IMG/VR virus record: IMGVR_UViG_3300012271_000008 | Coordinates: 1 to 64,000 of that record | DNA: 64,000 nucleotides | Strand: one strand, 5' to 3' | Origin: an uncultured virus (IMG/VR IMGVR_UViG_3300012271_000008) | Lineage: Duplodnaviria > Heunggongvirae > Uroviricota > Caudoviricetes | In this document: positions 56,973 to 64,000 of the stretch, piece by piece | Layout: each line of letters begins with the position of its first letter | Position numbering within the stretch: position 1 is the first letter of the stretch | The notes under the pieces: generated by a model | What the model was told of the DNA's origin: nothing | What the model saw: the letters and a program-made list of their open reading frames with translations, nothing else | The model's database searches: none | Position numbers and translations under genes: made by a program

Positions 56973-57098
56973 AATATCCCTATACTCCATACAAGGTATG
57001 TGAGTGGGAAGGTTGGTATGACTCTATTACAGTACCTTAAACTGTAAGAGTAATTATTCTATACGTTAATTAAAATCCTAGTATAGTAGGTAAACAAC

Positions 57099-57320
57099 AT
57101 GTATTTAATTATATTTGAAAATCACCTTAAAAGAGTTTGGAAACAATTTGGTAACTATCACAGAAGATTCTATTGGAAGCCTGGTCAATATCAATATTGC
57201 CAGCAAGGTAAAAGAATCTTGTGTAGAAAAGAAGTCCAAGAAGATAGAACTCTATTTTTTAATGCTATAACAGGCGAAGAAGTTATTTTAACTAAAGAAG
57301 CAACAGTAGAAGCAATATGA
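57099..57320 (+). CDS. Hypothetical protein
   Basis: 73 aa. Confidence 0.55.
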   Translation: MYLIIFENHLKRVWKQFGNYHRRFYWKPGQYQYCQQGKRILCRKEVQEDRTLFFNAITGEEVILTKEATVEAI

Positions 57321-57559
57321 GAGTAATATCAATTGAAGACATTAAATGGTCTTTAGATCTTAAAAAAAGATTTAGTAATTATCCTAAGCTACCTAATGCT
57401 TTAGTTCAACAGTGTTTTACTGGTGGAGATTTAGAACATGGTAGAGTTGAAAGAGAATATAGAGGGAGTCACATCTCAATATATTCTTTTCAAAGAAGAC
57501 TCAGAAATTGGGAGAATAATTATCAAATGCAATCAATAAATAATTTAAACAAAAGATAG
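57317..57559 (+). CDS. Hypothetical protein
   Basis: 80 aa, ATGA overlap. Confidence 0.55.
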   Translation: MRVISIEDIKWSLDLKKRFSNYPKLPNALVQQCFTGGDLEHGRVEREYRGSHISIYSFQRRLRNWENNYQMQSINNLNKR

Positions 57560-57560
57560 T

Positions 57561-57977
57561 ATGAAAAAAAGATCATTATATTTTGAAAACAAATCTAAGT
57601 TTAAAAAAGTAAAAATTGCTAGAAAAGTAAAAGCTCCTAAGCCTGGAAATCCTAATGCAGCTAAGTTTAACCCTCCTATAAAAAGTACATATCTTCAAAA
57701 TTATTTTTTAGATGAAAATTGTCCAAGAACTTCTGAAGAAAATGGAAATTTAAAAGTATTTTCAACTGGAATTCCTAACAGAGCCACAAGAAAATCAATG
57801 ATGGGTCAAGCTAAGATGCCTAATTCTGGAAACAGAAAAATGACTAGAGGTAGAAAAAAAACCTATTTAATGGTTAATAAATTCATAAAAGTTAAAAAAA
57901 TAACTAAAAATGGATTTAAAATTTTTTACAAAAAAGTTCAAGTAAGTTTAATTCACGTTTATAACAAATTTAGATAA
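57561..57977 (+). CDS. Highly basic hypothetical protein
   Basis: 138 aa, Lys/Arg-rich. Confidence 0.65.
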   Translation: MKKRSLYFENKSKFKKVKIARKVKAPKPGNPNAAKFNPPIKSTYLQNYFLDENCPRTSEENGNLKVFSTGIPNRATRKSMMGQAKMPNSGNRKMTRGRKKTYLMVNKFIKVKKITKNGFKIFYKKVQVSLIHVYNKFR

Positions 57978-58285
57978 TGAGAAAAAAAGAACAAGTAGTA
58001 AATCAAGAAAAAGTGTATTTCTTTTATGGTAAAAGAGGTAAAAATCAAATAACTTTAGGAGGAATAGTTAACCCTAAAGATAATACTAAAATGACTATTG
58101 GTCTTGCACAATGTCATAAAAATGATGTCTTTAAAAAAGAAAAAGCAAGAATGATTGTAACAGGTAGAGCTGTGACTCATTTAGAAAATAGGGATAATAG
58201 AGAAAATGAATCTATGCAGATAAATATAAACCCTAAAAATCCTGGAAGAGAGTTTTCTGCATTTGCACAAGCATACTGTGATTAA
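57977..58285 (+). CDS. Conserved phage hypothetical protein
   Basis: IGLAQCHKNDVFKKEKARMI motif. Confidence 0.65.
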   Translation: MRKKEQVVNQEKVYFFYGKRGKNQITLGGIVNPKDNTKMTIGLAQCHKNDVFKKEKARMIVTGRAVTHLENRDNRENESMQININPKNPGREFSAFAQAYCD

Positions 58286-58306
58286 ACATTTTTATAAATT
58301 ATAATA

Positions 58307-58331
58307 TAGGGGATTAATTTCCCCTTTATTT
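58307..58331 (+). terminator. Intrinsic terminator
   Basis: AGGGGA-TTAATT-TCCCCT-TTATTTT. Confidence 0.75.
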
Positions 58332-58332
58332 T

Positions 58333-58422
58333 GGTCAATTAAACTCATTGGTAGAGTTCTAGACTTTAAGTGATTAAGTTCACCCAAATCCTGAGTAATA
58401 AGTTCGATTCTTATATTGACTG
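58333..58422 (+). ncRNA. tRNA-like element (Trp-like) with insertion in anticodon loop
   Basis: GGTCAAT/ATTGACT stem; ACTC-ATTGGTA-GAGT D arm; ATAAG-TTCGATT-CTTAT T arm; CT-[18 nt]-CCA-AA. Confidence 0.6.
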
Positions 58423-58437
58423 CTATTATTTAATATT

Positions 58438-58974
58438 ATGAATATAATTAATTTTAAAGTAATAGCTATACTAACACTAATAACAATTAGTGGATTTTGT
58501 ATAACACCTACAAAGGTTGTGGAAAAACCTGTAGTTATAGAAATCCTATGTGAAGAAGATACTTACATAGAAGAAAAAGAAAACATATTTAATTTAATTG
58601 ACAAATACTGTGCAAAATACAATGTATGTAATGCCGTAGTATATCAAATAGGATTAAACGAATCTGGATGGCCTAACCCTAATAACTTAGAATATACTCA
58701 AAAAGTATGGGATTGTGGTGCATTTAGTTATGGTGATATGCAAATATGGGAACCAACTCGTAAAAGTATGTTTAAAAAACTTAATTTAAGTGATACAACT
58801 AGAGAAAACTGTTTGCACGCTAGCATATATTATTTACATTTAAAATATGTAAAATATGGCAGTTGGTATAAAGCTAGATTTGCTTACGGTAGAGGAAGTT
58901 GGAGACCAGAAAATACTTGGAAACCAATAGAAAAAAGATTTATGAACAAACACAACTGGAAACAATATGACTAA
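58438..58974 (+). CDS. Lytic transglycosylase (SLT/lysozyme-like) with N-terminal signal/anchor
   Basis: LNESG (catalytic ES), YGDMQI, YLHLKY..YGSW..A..AY. Confidence 0.7.
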   Translation: MNIINFKVIAILTLITISGFCITPTKVVEKPVVIEILCEEDTYIEEKENIFNLIDKYCAKYNVCNAVVYQIGLNESGWPNPNNLEYTQKVWDCGAFSYGDMQIWEPTRKSMFKKLNLSDTTRENCLHASIYYLHLKYVKYGSWYKARFAYGRGSWRPENTWKPIEKRFMNKHNWKQYD

Positions 58975-58979
58975 TAAAA

Positions 58980-59591
58980 ATGAAGATAACTAAAAATAAA
59001 GTTTTTTCTAATAGAAGTTTTAACAATAAAATATATTACAAGACTCATAAAAATGCACCAAAATATGGTGCAGAGTCTTGTTTTTCATTTTTAAATTTAA
59101 ACTCAAACTATTTAAAAATTGAATTACACAAACATTCTGATATTACAAGAAAAGAATTCTTAGAATATTTAAGAAAAATGAAATTAATTTTTAAAGATTT
59201 AGAATACAAAAAAGAAAAAAAGAAATATTATTTAATTATGGGTAGTTCTTTATTACCTAAAGGTACTTTAAATTCTAAAAAAAAAACTCTTGCAATTCTA
59301 ACAATAATTAGATTTTTATGGGAAAGCCATGGAGATTGTTATTCTGTTTCTTTTATTAAAGAATTTGTAAATGATAATCGTAGAATAGAAACTATGATTA
59401 AATTTTCAGAAGCATTCAATAATAATAAAGATAAAATCTATTATTCTTCAGGACATGGTATAGATAGCCTCAATAATAAATCAAAAGGAATAGTAATTCA
59501 AACTTCTAAAGAATTTTTTAGTAAAGATAAAGATAGTGTGACAGGTTATTTTGCAAGAAAAGAATCTAAATTTAAACCAAAAGCAATATGA
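58980..59591 (+). CDS. Hypothetical protein
   Basis: 203 aa; SCFS, LTIIRFLWE, SGH; coupled to the GATase gene. Confidence 0.65.
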   Translation: MKITKNKVFSNRSFNNKIYYKTHKNAPKYGAESCFSFLNLNSNYLKIELHKHSDITRKEFLEYLRKMKLIFKDLEYKKEKKKYYLIMGSSLLPKGTLNSKKKTLAILTIIRFLWESHGDCYSVSFIKEFVNDNRRIETMIKFSEAFNNNKDKIYYSSGHGIDSLNNKSKGIVIQTSKEFFSKDKDSVTGYFARKESKFKPKAI

Positions 59592-60196
59592 AAAAAGTAT
59601 ATGTAATAGGAAATGCAGTAAATTATGCTGAATTTTTAAAAGATTTTGAACTAACTAATGATTCAAAATCAGCAGATCTTATAATTTTAACAGGAGGAGA
59701 GGATGTAAGTCCTGAACTTTATGAAGAAGATTCTCATCCACATACAGGAAACAATCCTGTAAGAGATGCTAGTGAAATAAATTCTTGGAATAAAATAAAA
59801 CAAGAAAATCCTGATGTTTTAACTATGGGTATATGTAGAGGGTCTCAATTGGGATGTGTGTTGTCAGGTGGAAAACTTGTACAACATATGAATCATCCTT
59901 ATATGCACAAAGTTTCTACACCAGAAGGTAAAGATTATGAAGTAACTAGTACCCATCATCAAATGCAATATCCTTTTAATCTTAATGAAAAAGATTATGA
60001 AATTAAAGCTTATTGTAAAATAACAGGTAGTACTTATGCAGAAGGAGTTCCAGCAGGTATGGAAAAACCTCCTGTAGATCCTGAAATAGTATTTTATAAT
60101 AAAACTAAAATATTAGCAATACAAGGTCATCCTGAAATGGTTCCTAACAGTGAATTTGCTTTAGAAGTAAATAATCTGGTTAATAGTCTTATTTAA
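59588..60196 (+). CDS. Class I glutamine amidotransferase / peptidase C26 family
   Basis: TGGEDVSPELY, GICRGSQ, VTSTHHQM, IQGHPE. Confidence 0.88.
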   Translation: MKKVYVIGNAVNYAEFLKDFELTNDSKSADLIILTGGEDVSPELYEEDSHPHTGNNPVRDASEINSWNKIKQENPDVLTMGICRGSQLGCVLSGGKLVQHMNHPYMHKVSTPEGKDYEVTSTHHQMQYPFNLNEKDYEIKAYCKITGSTYAEGVPAGMEKPPVDPEIVFYNKTKILAIQGHPEMVPNSEFALEVNNLVNSLI

Positions 60197-62208
60197 TGAA
60201 CTATATAGTAACTAAAAATCCTCAATTTTTTAAAAAGATTGGGGATTATAATTACTGTGCATTAGAAGATTTAAATTTAAAATCTACAATAGCTGTAGAT
60301 AGTGAAACTACAGGATTAGATTGGAAAACAGAAGATATGTTTTGCATTCAAATAGGAACAGGAGAAGATAATTACATTATAGATTTTTATACATCTGAAA
60401 ATGCTTATACTTTTTCTGATGTTATACCGTATTTAAAAAATAGAGAACAAATATATCATAATGCTAATTTTGATTTAGGTTTTTGTTATAAGTATGGTTA
60501 TTATCCTGATAAAGTTGGTGATACTTTTTTACAAAGTAAATTATTAACTAACGGAATTCCTTCTTTTATCCAAGGAAATGATTTTGGATCTGTAATGGAA
60601 AGAGTATTGCATATTAAATATGATAAGCAAGACCAAAAAACTATTAATGTAATTAAATTATCTACTAAAGAATCAATACAATATTGTTTTAATGATGTAG
60701 ATAAGTTAATTGAATTGCATACTGTTCAAAATAAAATAATTGATGCTAAAGGTATGAGTGTAACTTATAATGTTCATAAAAACTATGTATTAGCTATAAC
60801 TTATGTTGAACAATGTGGGGCACCAATAGATGCAGATAGATTAAAAGTTAAAATTAAAATAGATTTAAAAAAATTAAAAAAATCTGAACAAATAGTAAAG
60901 AATTACATTTTAGATAATTTGTCTAGTAAATTTCATGTTCAACAACATAATATTTTTAATATTGTTAAATTAGGAGTTTCATTATCATCTCCAATACAAA
61001 TGGTTCCAGTTTTTGAAGAAATGGGAATTAATGTATTAGATAAAGATAATAAAAAATCTATTAACAAAGATGTTATTAATAAATCTAAACATGAATTTCT
61101 AACAATTTGGAAAGATTATCAAGATGCTAAACAACAAGTTAATTCTTATGGTCAAAATTTATTAGATCAATTAATTGATGGAAGAGGTTATAGTTCTTAT
61201 AATCAAATGTTAGATACTGCTAGAATATCAACTAGAAGTAAAACTTTTAGTAGTCTTACTTTACCTGCAACTGAAGAAATGAGAGCATGTATTAAAGCCA
61301 AAGAAGGTTATGATATTATATGTGCTGATTATGCTGGTCAAGAAAATGTTGTTACAGCAGATCTTACCAGAGATAATGCTATGTTAGAATCTATATGGAA
61401 AGATTTAGATTTACATTGTGCTTTTGCTAGAATGATTTTTCCTGAATTAAAAGATTTACCTGACAATATTATCATGGAAAAATTTAGTAAGGAAAGAAAA
61501 TATAGTAAAGCTCCTAGATTTGCATTTGCTTATGGAGGTTCAGCTTACACTATACATGTAAATCAAGGTATACCTTTAGAAGAAGCTGAAAAACTTGAAA
61601 AGCTTTTTAAAGAACTTCACGCAGGTATATACAAAAAAGGTGATGAAACATATGCTGAAGCAATAAGAGTTGGTTACATAACTTCTGCAGGAGGTTTTAG
61701 ACTTCATTTATCTTCTTATAAAAGATTTAAAGCTTTAAGATTTGAAAATGAAATGTATACTGATTTAGATTGGGAACAATATAATGCTGGTAAAGAAGAA
61801 CATATTAGATCTATAGAAGAAGGAGATGATTATAAAATAGGTAATGTATTAGCTTATAGAAAATATAGAGACATGAAACCTGTAGTTTCTGAATTTGCTA
61901 AGTTAAAAGGAGATTATATGAGATTATGTCTCAATAATCCTTCTCAAACAACTGCAGCTCATCAAACAAAAACTGCTGCAGCTATGTTATTTAACGAAAT
62001 TAAGAAAAATAATCATTTAGGGAGAGTATTAATATGTATTATACCTCATGATGAATTTGTTTTAGAGTGTGAAAAATCTTTATCCAATAAATACAAAACT
62101 ATATTAGAAGATTGTATGAAAAAAGGAGGAGATTATTTTTTAAAAAGTAAAGATTTAACTATGAAAGCTGATGCCAATGTAAAAGATGATTGGTGGTTAG
62201 CTAAATAA
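60196..62208 (+). CDS. polA: DNA polymerase family A with 3'-5' exonuclease
   Basis: DSETTG, HNANFD and YCFND (exonuclease); ADYAGQE (motif A), RKYSKAPRFAFAYGG (B), PHDE (C). Confidence 0.93.
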   Translation: MNYIVTKNPQFFKKIGDYNYCALEDLNLKSTIAVDSETTGLDWKTEDMFCIQIGTGEDNYIIDFYTSENAYTFSDVIPYLKNREQIYHNANFDLGFCYKYGYYPDKVGDTFLQSKLLTNGIPSFIQGNDFGSVMERVLHIKYDKQDQKTINVIKLSTKESIQYCFNDVDKLIELHTVQNKIIDAKGMSVTYNVHKNYVLAITYVEQCGAPIDADRLKVKIKIDLKKLKKSEQIVKNYILDNLSSKFHVQQHNIFNIVKLGVSLSSPIQMVPVFEEMGINVLDKDNKKSINKDVINKSKHEFLTIWKDYQDAKQQVNSYGQNLLDQLIDGRGYSSYNQMLDTARISTRSKTFSSLTLPATEEMRACIKAKEGYDIICADYAGQENVVTADLTRDNAMLESIWKDLDLHCAFARMIFPELKDLPDNIIMEKFSKERKYSKAPRFAFAYGGSAYTIHVNQGIPLEEAEKLEKLFKELHAGIYKKGDETYAEAIRVGYITSAGGFRLHLSSYKRFKALRFENEMYTDLDWEQYNAGKEEHIRSIEEGDDYKIGNVLAYRKYRDMKPVVSEFAKLKGDYMRLCLNNPSQTTAAHQTKTAAAMLFNEIKKNNHLGRVLICIIPHDEFVLECEKSLSNKYKTILEDCMKKGGDYFLKSKDLTMKADANVKDDWWLAK

Positions 62209-62216
62209 ACAAGAAA

Positions 62217-62657
62217 ATGAAAAAATATAAATTAATAAAAGCATACCCTGGTAGTCCTAAATTAGGATACATTGTTGAAGCTAGTAATCATAGTATGTTT
62301 AAAAATCAAGCATATTATCGAGGTGTAAGAATTAATAGCTCAAATAATCAAGAATTTTGGGAAGAAATAATTGAAAAACCTTTATTTACAACAGAAGATG
62401 GTGTTGATGTATTTGAAAAACAAGAAGTTTTTGAACTTATTAATAATACAAAAATTTTTAGAATTACGTTTTTAAAATGTACTTCAATGACTGGTAAAAA
62501 TAGTAGAAAATATTTTTCAACTAAAGAAAAAGCTGAAAATTATATATTAATGAATAAACCTTGTTTATCTTTAAATGATGTATTTAATATGGGTGGTAAA
62601 AATAATTCTATAGCTTTTAAAAAAGGTCTTAAAGATATAGTAAAAAGTAAATTATGA
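62217..62657 (+). CDS. Hypothetical protein (YPGSP family paralog 1)
   Basis: MKKYKLIKAYPGSP...EFWEEIIEK. Confidence 0.7.
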   Translation: MKKYKLIKAYPGSPKLGYIVEASNHSMFKNQAYYRGVRINSSNNQEFWEEIIEKPLFTTEDGVDVFEKQEVFELINNTKIFRITFLKCTSMTGKNSRKYFSTKEKAENYILMNKPCLSLNDVFNMGGKNNSIAFKKGLKDIVKSKL

Positions 62658-63418
62658 AAAAATATAAATTAATAAAAAAATATCCTGGAAGTCCTCCAAT
62701 TAATACTATTATAGAAAATCATAAAGGTACTAATATGTATTTTTATAATAGATTACTAATTCAAACTCCTAATAAATATTCAGAATTTTGGGAAGAAATA
62801 ATTGAAAAAGATTATGAAATATTAGCTTATTATTGTCCAACAAGAAATAATAATAATGTATTTCATAAATATGATTCTAAAAGTGATGGTAAAAAATGGG
62901 GGTGTACAACTTCTGTAACTCATGTATTTATACCTTCTGAAAATTATAATACAATTCATTCAGTTAAAAGATTGTCTGATGGTCAAATATTTACTACAGG
63001 TGATGATATAAAATCATGTAATGATGTAAATTATGTTATTCAAGGTTTTTTTATAGAAGATAAATCTAATGAAATACAAATAAGAGTTTGTAACTCTTTT
63101 GGTAGTTTAAGTTTAAATTTAGTAGAAAATATCACACAACCAATATTAGTAACACAAGATGGTTATGATATATTTGATGGAGATATTTTTCATTACACTA
63201 ATCTTATTGATTTTACTAAAACATTAAATGTAAGATCCAATAAAAATCATATACCTAATCCTGAAAATATTAAATTTAAAAAAGTAGAAGCATTAAATTG
63301 TTGGATTAAAATTAATAAACCTACAGTAAGTATTAAACAATTATATGATTTAATAACTTTTAGACGTCACGAAGATATTGTTGAAAATTTAGAAACATTA
63401 ATACGCACACTTAAATAA
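62654..63418 (+). CDS. Hypothetical protein (YPGSP family paralog 2)
   Basis: MKKYKLIKKYPGSP...EFWEEIIEK...IHSVKRLSDGQIF. Confidence 0.7.
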   Translation: MKKYKLIKKYPGSPPINTIIENHKGTNMYFYNRLLIQTPNKYSEFWEEIIEKDYEILAYYCPTRNNNNVFHKYDSKSDGKKWGCTTSVTHVFIPSENYNTIHSVKRLSDGQIFTTGDDIKSCNDVNYVIQGFFIEDKSNEIQIRVCNSFGSLSLNLVENITQPILVTQDGYDIFDGDIFHYTNLIDFTKTLNVRSNKNHIPNPENIKFKKVEALNCWIKINKPTVSIKQLYDLITFRRHEDIVENLETLIRTLK

Positions 63419-63421
63419 ATA

Positions 63422-63838
63422 ATGGATAAAATATACTGTAAAATAGAAAAACAAATGTATGCTACTGAATTTCTTAGATTAGGATTCACAGCTACTAGAA
63501 ATAGTATTCCAGGTAAATTTGTAGAAACTTTTCACGATGAAGAATGTTCTGTGACACAGTGTAAAGTAGCAAGAAGAACCTTTCAAGATTTATATGCTAT
63601 AATTAAAACTTATTACCCTAAATATACTAAAAAAAATGTTGCAAATATGTTAAAAACTTTACATAAAAGTGATAATATATTTCCCATATGGTGTCATGCT
63701 CAAGATAAAATAGTTTTTATAAAGCAAAAACCTAGAGGTGAAAATTTATTAATAACTCATTACATTCAAAATGAAAGTTGGACAGCAACAGGTAATGGTA
63801 ATTATTCTTGGAAGAATATTAACAACTTAATGATTTAA
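63422..63838 (+). CDS. Hypothetical protein
   Basis: 138 aa; QCKVARRTFQDLY. Confidence 0.65.
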   Translation: MDKIYCKIEKQMYATEFLRLGFTATRNSIPGKFVETFHDEECSVTQCKVARRTFQDLYAIIKTYYPKYTKKNVANMLKTLHKSDNIFPIWCHAQDKIVFIKQKPRGENLLITHYIQNESWTATGNGNYSWKNINNLMI

Positions 63839-63842
63839 AAAA

Positions 63843-64000
63843 ATGTTTGGAACATATAGAATAACACGAGAAATTGACGAAAAAATTTATTATTATAATC
63901 AAAGTGAAAACCAATACGCTGTTTATAATAATAAAGGAGAACCTTTATTTAGTTTTAGTATAGCTCCTTTTAGTAGTTGTAGTAGTTTAATAATTAACAA
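63843..64000 (+). CDS. Hypothetical protein, truncated by window end
   Basis: ATG 63843, MFGTYRITRE..., open to the edge. Confidence 0.55.
   Translation, partial: MFGTYRITREIDEKIYYYNQSENQYAVYNNKGEPLFSFSIAPFSSCSSLIIN

Noticed and set aside
48802..58422. Canonical functional tRNA genes
   Set aside because: None of the four T-arm elements has a normal 5-bp stem/7-nt loop anticodon arm; they are reported as tRNA-like instead.
1..64000. Stop-codon reassignment, as seen in some Crassvirales
   Set aside because: The standard code gives intact full-length TerL, portal, MCP, PolA and RNAP with dense gene packing.

Overview
This is a 64 kb AT-rich segment of a Crassvirales-like (crAss-like) phage, probably infecting an environmental Bacteroidota/Flavobacteriia host. 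The host inference rests on TAnnTTTG promoters and A-rich leaders without Shine-Dalgarno sites. The minus strand (48.2 kb to 1) carries the late and structural arm: resolvase, HU-like proteins, GroES/GroEL, endolysin, holin, TerL, portal, scaffold, major capsid, ring/fibre/spike/muzzle proteins and ejected cargo proteins. It ends in a giant ORF (>4007 codons, missing from the ORF track) with a zincin HEAFH motif and the virion RNA polymerase DFDVD motif. The plus strand (48.36 kb onward) carries the early arm: many small or membrane proteins, a tmRNA with a long tag, two C26-type glutamine amidotransferases, a transglycosylase and a family A DNA polymerase. The most unusual content is non-coding: four tRNA-like elements with intact acceptor and T arms but absent or aberrant anticodon arms, an array of multibranched RNA modules between early genes (one with riboswitch-like terminator logic), and a ~280 nt promoter-driven structured RNA on the late strand. 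All family calls come from motif recognition and synteny by eye; no searches were run.
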